Below, piece by piece: positions 11,982 through 24,835 of a stretch of 64,000 nucleotides of DNA (position 1 is its first letter; each line of letters opens with the position of its first letter). Origin of the DNA: Octopus sinensis. Its lineage: Eukaryota. Position numbers and translations under genes: made by a program. The notes under the pieces were generated by a model, which did no database searches, was not told the origin of the DNA, and worked only from the letters and a program-made list of their open reading frames with translations. The stretch spans positions 209,188,001 through 209,252,000 of the forward strand of contig NC_042997.1 of the NCBI RefSeq assembly GCF_006345805.1, given 5' to 3'.

Positions 11982-13233
11982 GCCAGTGAGGCCTCCCACA
12001 CATTCAACCCCCCCCATCCTTTTCACTAACCCTAACAGCACACCCAGGCCCCTAATTATCACCTACAAGCCCCTACTCCACTCAGTAGCTTCTGTCACTC
12101 AGCCACCACCCTCACTCCCCCCACCCCCACTCCCCCTGCAACAACCCCCAACCCTTACCGGGGGGGGAGCTTAGTTTTGGAGGTTGTTCATCAGATATCC
12201 ACTACAGCTGCAACATCTGTTATTGTGGACCACCACCACCACCACCACTACTACTACTACTACAATTGATGATGCTACCACTCTGCTTACAACTACCACC
12301 ACCACCACCACCACTACTGCTGCATCTACCATAACAGTAATATAGTACATGCATTCCAGTTAAAGGATGTGGGGTGGCGATGGTGGTGTTTGTGGCACTG
12401 GGGTGGTAGGATGCATGGTAGGGGGTTGGGTGTCACACACACACACATACACACACACACACACATACATACAAGTAAATATGTATTCTATATTCTAAAA
12501 AAATTTACTAACACACACAAACACATGCATTATCAAATTATCATGTCCCTAATCTATACCCCTGCTCCCCCCCCCACTGCCCCATAGGAGAACGATGGAG
12601 CAATGAATACCTCTAGTCTACATCCACCCCTTCCGCCCCCCCCCATACATATCATCATCACCAGTAACACTTATAACAGTAGTAGTAGTAGCAGCAGCAG
12701 CAGCAGCAAACTTCTCCCCCCCTCCCCACCTCCCCGCCATTGCACCTTGACTGACTCAAAGCAACAAACTTCCGGCCCTACACTCTCAAGGAAGTTTAAC
12801 ATACCACAAATATTTCTCCAGATACACACACACATGCTTGTGTGTGTGTGTATGTATATATATATATATATACATATATGATGATGATATATTATGTGTG
12901 TGTGTGTGTGTGTGTGTGTGTATTATTTATTTATCTATTTATTTACTAGTTTCAGCGAAAGAACTGTGGCCATGCTGGGGCACTGCCGTTAACTTTGCGA
13001 TTCTTTCACTGCTTGAAAACTCTAATGTGTGGCATCTGGTGAATGGGGGAGTCTGGTGTTCTTGCCTTCATCGGCATTTCCCACCAGGAGATAGGTTCAT
13101 CCAGAACTCTAGACAAGAGGAAGTCCACCCCATGTAGGTCCTTCAGGATTTTAGGGATGATATTGAACAACTGTGCATATTTATATATACATACATTATA
13201 TATGTGTGTGTGGCGGTGTATATATATATTCTT

Positions 13234-13599
13234 TTATGCTTTTACTTGTTTCAGTCATTTGACTGCAGCCATGCTGGAGCACTGCGTTTAGTCGAGCAAA
13301 TCGACCCCAGGACTTATTCTTTGGAAGCCTAGTACTTATTCTATCGATCTGTTTTGCCGAAGCACTAAGTTACGGGGACATATACATACCAACATTGGTT
13401 GTCAAGTGATGTTGGGGGGACAAACACACACGCATACGACAGGCTTCTTTCAGTTTCCGTCTACCAAATCCACTCACAAGGCTTTGGTCAGCCCGAGGCT
13501 ATAGTAGAAGACACTTGCCCAAGATGCCACGCAGTAGGACTGAACCCAGAACCATGTGGTTGATAAGCAAGCTACTTACCACACAACCACTCCTGTGCC
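13234..13599 (-). mobile_element. Near full-length tRNA-derived SINE family A (CORE-like)
   Basis: A-box TGGTTGTGTGG and B-box GGTTCAGTCC, CORE-like CTTGGGCAAGTGTCTTCTACTATAGCC, 3' tail GCTCCAGCATGGCTGCAGTCAAATGACTGAAACAAGTAAA; resembles published octopus tRNA SINEs (OK/OR1/OR2), assignment unverified. Confidence 0.85.
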
Positions 13600-13904
13600 T
13601 ATATGCATATATGTTTGTTGCTATATGCGTATGAGCCTTTACGAGTGTGTAATTATCTTTGTGAGTGTATGTAGTCAAGTGCAGTCTACCCTACTTAAAG
13701 TGATGACCTAAACATAAATTTTAATTAACTGGAATCCAGTGCACAATGGCAGTCATTTGTATTAAAGCAAATTCACTTGGTTTGCTGAGTCTTCTCACGC
13801 ACTGCATCAAATCAAATCAAATTCGTAAATTCCATGACTGGCACCTGTGCCACTGGAGCGCTAAGAGCACCATCCAAGCATGATTGCTGCCAGAGCAGCT
13901 GATT

Positions 13905-14380
13905 GGCTTACCGTCCGCTTTCCATGCTAGCATGGGTTGGACGATTCGACTGAGGACTGGCGAACCAGATGGCTGCACCAGGCTCCCATCTGATCTGGCA
14001 ATGTTTCTACAGCTGGATGCCCTTCCTAATGCCAACCACTCCAAGGGTGTAGTGGGTACTTTTACGTGCCACCGGCACAAGGGCCAGTCAGGTGGTGCTG
14101 GCAATGACCACGATCAAGTGGTGTTTTTTATGTACCGCATGCACAGGAGCCAGTCGAGCGGAACTGGCAACAATCATGCTCGAATGGTACTTTTTATGTG
14201 CCGCTAGCATGGGAGCCAGTTAACTGCTCTGGCAACGATCATGCCCAGATCCATTTTCCATGCTGGCATGGGTTGGACAGTTTGACTGACGAGTTGCAGG
14301 ACTGCATCAACCTCCAATGCTGGATGCTCTTCCTAACACCAACCCATTTACAGGGTGTACTCGGTGCTTTTTCAGGTGCA
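13905..14380 (-). mobile_element. Family B copy plus a second partial copy
   Basis: CCGTCCGCTTTCCATGCTAGCATGGGTTGG...GCTGGATGCCCTTCCTAATGCC. Confidence 0.75.
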
Positions 14381-14505
14381 CATGCACGTGTGTGTGTGCA
14401 TCCTCATGTTCTTTTTCTACCCTTGCTCGACAACCAGTGTTTGTTTGTTTACATCTTAATAGTTCATCAAAAAAGAAATTAAAATACGTTTTGGGATCAA
14501 TTTCT

Positions 14506-14620
14506 TTCAAGAGAGACTCTTCGAGAGAGACTCTTCGAGAGAGACTCTTCGAGAGAGACTCTTCGAGAGAGACTCTTCGAGAGAGACTCTTCGAGAGAGA
14601 CTCTTCGAGAGAGACTCTTC
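14506..14620. repeat. 14-bp minisatellite (GAGAGAGACTCTTC) x8
   Basis: CTCTTC recurs at 14517, 14531, 14545, 14559, 14573, 14587, 14601 and 14615. Confidence 0.95.
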
Positions 14621-14686
14621 AGAAGATACTATTCAAGAGAGACTTCAGCAATGTCATGGTCCAATGACAAAAATAAGTAAAACAAA

Positions 14687-15056
14687 GGTGCAGGAGTGGC
14701 TGTGTTGTAAGTAGCTTGGTTCTGGGTTCATTCCCACTGCCTGGCACCTTGGGCAAGTGTCTTCTACTATAGTGTCGGGCCAACCAAAGCCTTGTGAGTG
14801 GATTTGGCAGACGGAAACTGAAAGAAGCCCGTCATATGTATATATATGTGTGTGTGTGTGTCTGTGTTTGTCCCCCCCCCCCAACATAGCTTGACAACCA
14901 ATGGTGTGTTTACGTCCCCATAACTTAGCAGTTCGACAAAAGAGTCTGATAGTATAAGTACTAGGCTTCCAAAGAATAAGTCCTGGGGTCGATTTGCTCG
15001 ACAAAAAGGCAGTGTTCCAGCATGGCCACAGCCACATGACTGAAACAAGTAAAAGA
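14687..15056 (+). mobile_element. Family A SINE, full length
   Basis: GGTGCAGGAGTGGCTGTGTTG head through CATGGCCACAGCCACATGACTGAAACAAGTAAAAGA tail. Confidence 0.85.
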
Positions 15057-15177
15057 AAAGGGGAAAATATATATTTCTTCACCACTGATATGGCAAAGTC
15101 TAAAATGTTGGAAACCATCATAATTTTATAGACCTCTTTTATATCAAAGCCCCTGACACCATCCATGGTTCTATGAC

Positions 15178-15426
15178 CAGGGCTGTGGAGTCAAAACAAA
15201 AAACTTTGACTCCGACTCTGACTCCTCTACTATTGGCACCTCCGACTCCTACTCCGACTCCTCTTTATATAATTAAGTGATTGTGGTCTACATATCTCAT
15301 AAAGCAAATGCATACGCTTGTACTCTGAGTAGGCCTTTATCTTATAACTGACTTATATTAAAAGATAAAGATGTGAGTGAGAGTCAGTATAGTTTTACCG
15401 ATTCTGACTCCAACTCCATAGCTCTG
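15178..15426. mobile_element. hAT-type MITE with GACTCC subterminal repeats
   Basis: TIRs CAGGGCTGTGGAGTC / GACTCCAACTCCATAGCTCTG; TSD TCTATGAC / TCTTTGAC (7/8). Confidence 0.75.
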
Positions 15427-15462
15427 TCTTTGACACAGACTTTTTTTTAGTTTTCAAAATGA

Positions 15463-15691
15463 TTAACCCTTTGGTGTTTGCATTATTCTGCCAAAACTAA
15501 TGCTTTTTTATCCACATTGTTTTGAACTAATCATGCATTATCTTGTAGCTATGAGATTTTTATGAGGTAGGTGTTAATTTTTAAAATAATATTGTTATTT
15601 TGGTGTGAGAGACCAGATTTGGCCAGTTTGAACATAAAACAGGCAGAATACTTTTGGCCAGATATAGCCGGTCTAAATGCTAAAGGATTAA
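15463..15691 (+). mobile_element. piggyBac-like MITE, second family
   Basis: TTAACCCTTT...AAAGGATTAA; near-identical copy at 35374-35603; related fragments follow to ~15940. Confidence 0.75.
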
Positions 15692-15999
15692 AGAAAACCT
15701 TCCATCAGAATTTCGCGTTAGCTTAGGTTCCAAACACCAGCTTAATGGTAATAGTTATTTTACTCAATTTTTCGTCATTATTTTGAAAATCAATTGAAAT
15801 AAAACGCAGTGGGTTTCAGCAGGAATTTGGTAACAAAGGGGTTAAAGTGATCAGAATTTAAACCTTCCATCAAGATTTCTTCTTAATTTATGATCCAAAC
15901 ACCAGCTTAATTATGAGGAAGTATTTTATTAAATTCTTCAGGGGATGTAAACACACTAACACCGGTTGTCAAATGGTGGTAGGGGACGTGTGCACACAC

Positions 16000-16427
16000 A
16001 CACACAACAAGCTTTTTTCAGTTTCTGTTTACCAAATCCACTCACAAGGCTTAGGTTGACCTGAGGCTGTTGTAGAAGACACTTAGAAAATACTTGCGCA
16101 AGATGCCACACAGTGGGACTGAACCCAGAGCCATGTGGTAAGGAAGTAAATTTCTTATCACGCCACCTGACTGGTGTCCCATGTTGGTGATACGTAAAAG
16201 TACCAACCGATCGTGGCTGTTTGCCAGCCTCATCTGGCTCCTGAGCAGGTGGCACCCACTACACTCACGGAATGGTTGGCATTAGCAAGGGCATCCAGCT
16301 GTAGAAACATTGCCAGATCAGATTGGAGCCTGGTGTGGTGGCCTCCTGGCTTCCCAGACCCCGGTCGAACCAGCCAACCCATACTAGCATGGAAAACAGA
16401 CGTTAAACGATGATGATGATGATGATT
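16000..16427. mobile_element. Chimeric family A (minus) / family B (plus) repeat
   Basis: Reverse-complement match to 19128-19610, including the A/B junction. Confidence 0.7.
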
Positions 16428-17514
16428 TTAAATATCAACTGAAATAAAAGCAATGCATTTCAACAGAAATATGGCAACAAAAAGGTTGAACATGGGGATT
16501 TGTCGACCCTTGCCCTCCTGCTTTTTCAACCCTTTCACAGCCTCCTCCCTTTTGTGAGAACTGCCATCTTAGAATCGCTGAGGAGGACTAACAAAACCGA
16601 AACACGACAAGAGTTGTCACATACTAATTATCAAAGAAAAGACCCATTCTCTACTGCTTTTAATAAATTCTGATTTCAGGGTCCTCTTCCTTCTATTATT
16701 CAACAAGAATTATCGTTAACTCTTATGCTTTAGTTTTTAATTAAGATATAAACTTTTATTGATTAGATTATATCTTTTTCTTTCTCTATCTTTTCTTAAT
16801 TTTTTGATGCTAAGAAGCTTACTTCCCAACCACATGGTTCCCGGTTCAGTCCCACTGCATGGTACTTTGGGCAAGTGTCAAGTGTTGTCTACTCTCGCCT
16901 TGGGCTGACCAAACCCTTGTGAGTGGGTTTGGTAGACGGAAACTGAAAGAAACCCAGTGTGTGTGTGTGTGAGTGTGTGTCTTTGCATCTGCATTAATCC
17001 TCCACCACCACCACCACCACCACCTGACAACTAGCGTTGGTGTGTTTATGAAACTATGACTTAGAGATTTGGCAAAAAGAGACCAATGAAAAATGTATCA
17101 GGCTTAACAAAAACGAATAACTGCTGAGGCCCAATTATTCAACTAAAAATTCTTCAAGGTGGCCCCCAACAGGGTCTCAGTCTAATGACATAAACAAGTA
17201 GAAGACAAATGATAATAGCACTTAACTGTATACTTTTCATGCAGAAGGCATCCATGGAAAAGTTTCCCATTTCATTAACAGAAACAGTGACGCTCTGTGA
17301 AAACAATTCACTCATTAAGTAAATTAAAATATTTGGTGTTTGGAAATTTCCCAGAGTTGCCTTCTGCATGAAGATTTACACACACAGAGCAAGGTTACAT
17401 GTTCTAAGATGATATTAAAAATTCAACAATAAACGTTTATAAATAAGACGGAATTGTGTGTATGTTGTGTACTTAAACACACAGCGTGGGATATGAGAGA
17501 AATTTGACAAATCA

Positions 17515-17559
17515 CATAAGTGTGTGTGTGTGTGTAGGTATATATATGTACACACACAC

Positions 17560-17596
<37 letters not shown>

Positions 17597-17674
17597 GACA
17601 CACACACACACACATATATATGCATATATATATATATGTATGTATGTATATATATATATATATATATATGTGTG

Positions 17675-17705
<31 letters not shown>

Positions 17706-17790
17706 ATACATATATGTGTGTGTGTGTATATATATATAGACATGTAAAAGGATGATGTACACACACACACACACATATATATCCATATAC
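17515..17790. repeat. Compound (TG)/(CA)/(TA)n microsatellite
   Basis: Direct reading. Confidence 0.95.
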
Positions 17791-18661
17791 ATAATTTGTG
17801 CACACATATGCATACGTAGGGAAATTTTCACATCCTCTAATTAGCGTAATTCAACAAACATTACGAAGCACTGGCTTTATTTCATTTTGTTCATGATGAC
17901 GACGATGATGATGATAATGGCGGTGGTGGCAGTGATGGCGGTGTTGTGTGTAGGCAGTATTGCTTCTGATGATGATGATGATGATTGTCATCTAAGGTCA
18001 GCACAGACCAAACAGGTATTGTTGTTAGTTTAGTCCTGATTAAAGACACCACTGATCAAAGGCATTCCAACCAGGACCTCTCTGCCTTCGTTTAAACAAT
18101 AACATAGGCTTTGGATGTGTGGTAAGAAACTTGCTTCCCAACCGCATGGCTCTGGGCTCAGTCCCATGGTGTGAAATCTTGGGCAGGTGTCTTTTACTAC
18201 AGCCTTGGGCCAAACAAAGCCTTGCGAGTGGATTTGGTCGACGGAAACTGAAAGAAGCCCCAGGAATGGTTGTGTGGTAAGTAGCTTGCTTACCAACCAC
18301 ATGGTTCTGGGTTCAGTCCCACTGCATAGCACCTTGGGCAAGTGTCTTCTACTATACCCTCAGATCAACCAAAGCCTTGTGAGTGGATTTGGTAGACGGA
18401 AACTGAAAGATGCCCATTGTGTGTGTGTGTGGCGATTATGTGATAATTGTAAACAAGTCTCACTGTCATGCAAGTGGTGTCCTTTGCTTCCAGACTTCCT
18501 TGAAAGATGAGTCTGGCCTTGGTGAAAATAATACTACCACCTTGCCTGGAAACAGGAGAGGGTTGGCAACAGGAAGGGCACCTGGCTGTAGAAAAGCTGC
18601 CTCAGCAAATTCCACCTGACTCATACAAGCATTGAGAAATGCACATTAAGACAAAGATGAA

Positions 18662-18893
18662 GGCAGCAAGCTGGCAGAAACGTTAGCACGCCGAGCAAAA
18701 TGCTTAGCTGTATTTCGTCTGCCGTTACGTTCTGAGTTCAAATTCTGCCGAGGTCGACTTTGCCTTTCATCCTTTTGGGGTCAATAAATTAAGTACCAGT
18801 TACGCACTGGGGTCGATATAATCAACTTAATCCGTTTGTCTGTCCTTGTTTGTTCCCTCTATGTTTAGCCCCTTGTGGGTAGTAAGGAAATAA
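18662..18893 (+). mobile_element. Family C SINE, full length
   Basis: GGCAGCAAGCTGGCAGAAACG head, B-box GAGTTCAAATTC; TSD GACAAAGATGAA / GACGAAGATGAA. Confidence 0.85.
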
Positions 18894-19127
18894 GACGAAG
18901 ATGAAAATGATGATAAGCCATACTTTCACCTAGTTTAAGAACCATCACACCAGACATAACCCAGGTGTACCAAACCATCATCTTATAAAGACCCATTGCT
19001 CCAAGTATACCTCTACCCTGCGGTTTTACTGTGTACAGCAGTGGACCTCAAACGTTTTTTGCCAATGGATCCTTTTGATTCTCTTTCACTTGGGTGGACC
19101 CTCAGAGTCAGTCAATGTTTAAAAAAA

Positions 19128-19720
19128 TCATCATCATCATCATTTAACGTCCGTTTTCCATGCTGGCATGGGTTGGACTGTTCAACTGGGGTCTGGGAAG
19201 CCAAGAGGCGGCACCAGGCCCAGTCTGATCTGGCAGTGTTTCTACAGCTGGATGCCCTTCCTAACACCAACCACTCCGTGAGTGTAGTGGGTGCTTTTTA
19301 TGTGCCACCAGCACAGGGGCCAGAGGAGCTGGCATTGACCATGATCGGATGGTGCTTTTTACGTGCCACCAGCAGAGGTGCCAGGCGAGGCTGGCAACGG
19401 CCATGATCGGTTGGTGCTTTTACATGTCACCAACATGGACGGCGCGATAAGAAATTTACTTCCTTACCACATGGCTCTGGGTTCAGTCCCACTGTGTGAC
19501 ATCTTGGGCAAGTATTTTCTAAGTGTCTTCTACAACAGCCTCAGGTCAGCCTAAGCCCTGTGAGTGGATTTGGTAAACAGAAACTGAAAAAAGCTTTTTG
19601 TGTGTGCGTGTGGCACAGGGGCCACAATCGGTTGGTGCTTTTCACATGCCAGTTGAGGTGACGCTGACAACGGCCATGTTCGGATGGTGCTTTATACATA
19701 CCACTGGCACAGGTATCACA
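19128..19720. mobile_element. Family B copy (minus) with an embedded family A fragment
   Basis: B body 19128-19440, A head/core 19445-19610, B repeat units resume to ~19720. Confidence 0.7.
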
Positions 19721-20534
19721 ACTACAATTTCCATTGATTTTTGATTGATTTCGATTTCACTTGCTCGTGAAATCCTATCATAAATATTTCTAGGAATTGT
19801 GTTTAAAAAGCAATTTTGTCAAAATATTTTGTGTATTTAAGAAGTAAAACCAGTTTATTGCAGATAAATTTTAACACCAAAATCTTACATGAACCCCTAA
19901 GGGTCAGGTGGTCCCTGTTGAGAACCACTGGTGCAGTGTATAATGTAATTCTGTGGCTATGAACCCTAAATATGTTAAAGATAAAGTCAAACTGGATAGA
20001 ACTGTTGTTGATCAACCCTGATCAAAGAATCTACGTTCAAACACAATCCAACTGTGACCATCTCATTTTCCAAGATGGTGGTTTACAATGAGAGAGAGAG
20101 AGAGAGAGAGGCAGACTTAAAGAGAGAGATTTGGAATTATTTCTAGCAGAGAATTATCTGGTGAATTATGAAGAACTAAAGAAGGAATGTGGTAGGGTTG
20201 CTATTTCCAGCAATATTAGTAAGGTTTCCGTTGTTGGTTCAAGATGCAATTTAGTCTGAAAATAATGATGTCTTTGAGAAAATAATCAAACTTCCATATT
20301 CTCTCTCTCAGTAATCTTCACCACTCTTCCCTCGGTACCATTTCCATAGTACTTTTCGTACAGTATCATTCTTGTACAAAAGTCTGGTACAAAATTTGCT
20401 TTAGAGGGCGCAAACCCAGGTCCTAAATTTTTTACAATCTTCCAATAATGGAAAAGTAACATTTCAAATCAGTCCAAAAATGTTTTTACACTCATTCATT
20501 TTTGCTATTAAGTTTTTTCAGGAGGAGACTCTTT

Positions 20535-20721
20535 CACTCTTTTACTTGTTTCAGTCATTTGACTGTGGCCATGCTGGAGCACTACCTTTAGTCGACCCCA
20601 GGACTTATTCTTTGTAAGCCTAGTACTTATTCTACTGGGCTCTTTTACCAAACCACTAAGTTATGGGGACATAAATACAACAGCATCAGTTGTCAAGCGA
20701 TGTTGTGGGGGACAAACACAG

Positions 20722-20778
<57 letters not shown>

Positions 20779-20997
20779 TATGACAAGCGATGTTGGTGGG
20801 ACAAACACACACATGCACACACACACACACATACGACGGGCTTCTTTCAATTTCTGTCTACCAAATCCACTCACAAGGCTTTGGTCGGCCCAAGGCTATA
20901 GTAGAAGACACTTATCCAAGGTGCCACGCAGTGGGACTGAACCCAGAACGATGCAGTTCGTAAGCAAGCTACTTACCACACAGCCACTCCTACGCCT
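20535..20997 (-). mobile_element. Family A SINE with internal (TA)n expansion
   Basis: Tail at 20540, head TAGGCGTAGGAGTGGCTGTGTGG near 20995; internal partial duplication. Confidence 0.8.
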
Positions 20998-21825
20998 ATA
21001 TGTTCGAATTATTTTCATTACCCCACCCAGCAAAATTTTGAGGGGTACACTTGGCTCCCCTACACCCCCATTTCCCAAGCCACCGCTCCTGCATTGTTCC
21101 TACAGTACCCTTCACCACAGTTCCCTCTCCACAGTTCCATTTCCAGAATCTTCTATATTTTCCTTTTCTGAAGAACACATTCAGCTGTAAACCGTTTTTT
21201 TTGTTATCCTCTTCCTCCTCCTCAAGTCTCTTCCGCAATCCAAGAATTACAAGAACTGGTTTTACCAAAACTAGAAATAATGTATCGTGTAATGTTACCC
21301 ATTCAAAGACAAATTCCTTTCCAGATTTACTTCTCCGCTTTTGTTGTCGTTCTTTTATTTTACCAATTTCTTTCTCTGAAGGAATCCAAAGAAAGAAAGA
21401 AACCCCAAAAAAACACAAAACACACAAAACACAAAACAGCTGGAGATGGTTGAGTTAAAACCATGGAGGGAGAAATTAGGAAGTGAGTTGATGTGTTCAA
21501 ATATGTAGAGTGCCAGAGAATTCACAGATGGAAGGAATGAAGGAATATGGCGGAGGGGGGGTGGAAAGGGGGGTGGGGAGTAAAAATAACAAGCAAGTCA
21601 CTGTGTTGGTATGGCAATTAACCCTTTAAACTGGTTCCCTTATTGACTATAATAGATGGTGTCACATGATTGTGTCACATGATGAAGGATGATGACAGCA
21701 CCTCATACCAACACTCACACACACACACACACACATAACCTAATGAAGACAGAAAGAACAAAATCTATGTGGTCGCATGACATGCTAGAAATAGCAGCTA
21801 TATTTACCTCAAACTACACACAACT

Positions 21826-22344
21826 GGGATCTTTTCAAATTTGTGGCCAGGACCCCAGATCTTTCTAGTTAACTAAATAATTTGAAACTTTGTGTACTCA
21901 TAGAGTGGAACTAGTTTATTCGCCAGTTGGAACTAGTTTATTTGAAAAAAATCTATTTTATGACTTTAATCGTAGATTCAAACTGCGAATTTTAACCAAT
22001 GAGATTGCTTGTTTTCATATCTAAAACGTTACTGCGATCTGTTAGTGTGACGTTGAAAGCAGTTTTGTGACGTCTGCTATTTCTAAAAAGCTTTGTGTGT
22101 GGTAAAGTAATTTTTTTACTTTACCATATTTTTATAAATTATATCGGAGAATCCATATTTTTATAACATATATCGGAGAATCCATGTGATTTTTCGTTGT
22201 TTTTCTCTTATACGTATGTGAATTATTTCTGAGTATGCATTGTCTGGGAGACTTTTTCTTGCAGTTGAGAAATTTTGGGCTGCTATTTCTAAAAAGCTCG
22301 GTGTGTGGTTAAGTAATTTTTTTACTTTACCATATTTTTATAAA

Positions 22345-22417
<73 letters not shown>

Positions 22418-23044
22418 TACTCGGTGTATGTGTATATGTATGTCTGCATGTGTGTGTGTATGTATGTGTGTGTGTGTGTGTAAGTATGTGTAAAAAATTA
22501 CATTGAATCGGCCATACATACATACATACATACACATACACAGATACATACACACATACATTCAGGCATATACACATACACCGAGTAAAAAATTTCAGTT
22601 ATCTCTCTCTTTCACACATTACTCTCTCTGTCTCTTCACACACACTAACAGAAGCACTTCACTTACACAACATACTGTCTCCCACACCCCATCAAACACA
22701 CACACACACACATGTACATCAATGCTTCCCCTAGACGGTAACTTCAAAGACAAACTTTTGTTATTAGAAGGTGGCTGACTATAGCTTGTTTACATTTAAG
22801 ATGTTTAATACGTCACGAAATTGGTGGTCGAGACGGAGTAAATAAAATAAAGCCGAATGACGGAATATCATTGGTTAAAATTCTAATTATTAAACAACGT
22901 TAAACTTAGAAGTTACAATTCCGTTTTCATTCTGGTTTACAATTAAGTTTACTTTTGACACATTCTACCAGTATACGAAGTTTCAAATTGTTTGGTTCAG
23001 TAGGAAAAATTTGAAAAAACTGGCTTCAGAATAGAAAAGATCCC
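21826..23044. mobile_element. 1.2-kb non-autonomous TIR element, superfamily unassigned
   Basis: Termini GGGATCTTTT / AAAAGATCCC; 6-bp TSD ACAACT (21820-21825, 23045-23050); further inverted blocks AATTTGAAACTT and GAATTTTAACCAATGA. Confidence 0.7.
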
Positions 23045-23734
23045 ACAACTGTCTTTAAAAAAAAAGACCGAGTTGGATGTGATCCCTTTGATCAGGAGTC
23101 TGCTAGATAAGGGTTGGCAACAAATTGGCAATTAACCCTTTAAACTGGTTCTCTTATTGAATATACTAGATGGTGTCACATGATGAAGGATCCACGTATC
23201 CACGTACTCACACATCTGTAGCAACTCACACATGCATACACCCACACACACACACACGTACTCACAAAACACATTCATTCACATACATACCCATACATAC
23301 CCATGCATACTCTCCCACATACATCTATTTACTTAAATACACACAGAGATTAAATACTCACAAATTCACATACTCCCACACGTCTCCATGTTCACTCATG
23401 TCTACACATGTATTCTCTATCCTACATGAAGATACTCAGATAAATAAATACATAATTTCACAGACACCTCAGTAGAAGGAAACTGAAAGAAGCTCATCAT
23501 GTGTGTGTGTGTGTATCTTCATGTCTGTTTGTCCCCCACTATCACTTAACAACCAGTGTTGGTGTGCTTACAGCTCCATAACTTAGCAGGTCAGCAAAAA
23601 GAGACCGATAGAAGACACACCAGGCTTCAAAATCAAGTACTGGGGTTAATTCATTCAATTAAAAACCCTCGAGGCAGTGCCCCAGCATGGCCACAGTCTA
23701 GTGACTGAAACAAGTAAAAAAAAACTTATATACT

Positions 23735-24005
23735 CTCATCGTCATTTAACGTCCACATTCCATGCTGGCATGGGTTGGACGGTTCGACTGGGTCTGGGAA
23801 GCCAGGAGGCTGCACCAGGCTCCAGTCTGATCTGGCAGTGATTCTACAGCTGGATGCCCTTCCTAATGCCAACCACTCCAAGAGCACAGGGGCCAGTCAG
23901 GTGATGGTACTGGTATTGACCACACTCGAATGGTGCTTTTTACATGCCACGTGCACGAGTTCCAGTCAGGCGGCACTGGCATCGGTTACGCTCGAATGCT
24001 GCTTT
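23735..24005 (-). mobile_element. Family B copy
   Basis: CATTTAACGTCCACATTCCATGCTGGCATGGG...GCTGGATGCCCTTCC. Confidence 0.8.
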
Positions 24006-24389
24006 TTACTCTGATATAAACTAATAAAGACAATTAGCCACCTCCATAGTTTTAGCAGGAAACAAAGGTAATCAGTAGAATTGGTTGGTTAGTGATGGGC
24101 CTGTATTGGTATGAAATGGATGGAAAAAAAATAAAAGATGGAAGTAGGGTTACAACAGAGGCCCAAAACTTAGGGTTTACAACAGAGGCCCAAACTTTAG
24201 AATTGGAAATAGAGGTGGAGCAGGGATCTTCAACAGAGAAGTACCGGAAGTTTCCCCGTGGAGATTTCATTGTGGCACCTCATAACAATCATCTCTTGCT
24301 TCCAGCTGCTCCCACCCACCTTTATATAATGCTGGCTGTGGTGGTGGTGGGGGGACATGCCATCAGTTACAATGATGAGTGTTTCATGA

Positions 24390-24648
24390 AATGAACAAGC
24401 ACAAGTGGCTGAGTACTCCACAGACACATGTACCCTTAACATAGTTCTCAGACAGATTCAATGTAACTCAACAAATGTGATGAGGCTGGCCCCTTTGGAT
24501 TACAGATACAAATCATTTTTGCCAGCTAAGTGGACTGGAGCAACATGAAATAAAGTGTCTTACTCAAGGACACAAGGCGTCGCTTGGAATCGAACTCATG
24601 ACCTTACAATCGTGAATCAAATACCCTAACCACTGAGCCAGATGCCTT
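24390..24648 (-). mobile_element. tRNA-derived SINE family D (long-tail variant)
   Basis: Head GGCATCTGGCTCAGTGGTTAGGG..GAGTTCGATTCC; tail AAGGGCCAGCC..CTGAGAACTATGTTAAGGGTAC; matches 55214-55538. Confidence 0.7.
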
Positions 24649-24835
24649 CAAATAATACAGGATAACTATGTATCTTCTCACTTACATGGGCCTGGGAACA
24701 GGGGGTGCAAGCACACTCCCTAAAATTTATGTTGGATGCAAAATAAAAATTTGCACCCCTACTTAATTTCCTCAGGTTTAGAAAACATTGAATAAAAAGT
24801 GATCCGTAAAAAGTACCATGAATTAGGTTTCTTCT

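Noticed and set aside
11590-12830. C-rich unique block as a promoter or first exon
   Set aside because: Mostly homopolymer and trinucleotide runs, CpG-poor, no ORF homology
17415-17831. YI/HT/CV-rich ORFs here and throughout the track
   Set aside because: Dinucleotide microsatellite read-through
20996-21458. Overlapping 135-143-aa ORFs in unique sequence
   Set aside because: Low-complexity-biased and no recognisable domain; could be UTR-like but unsupported
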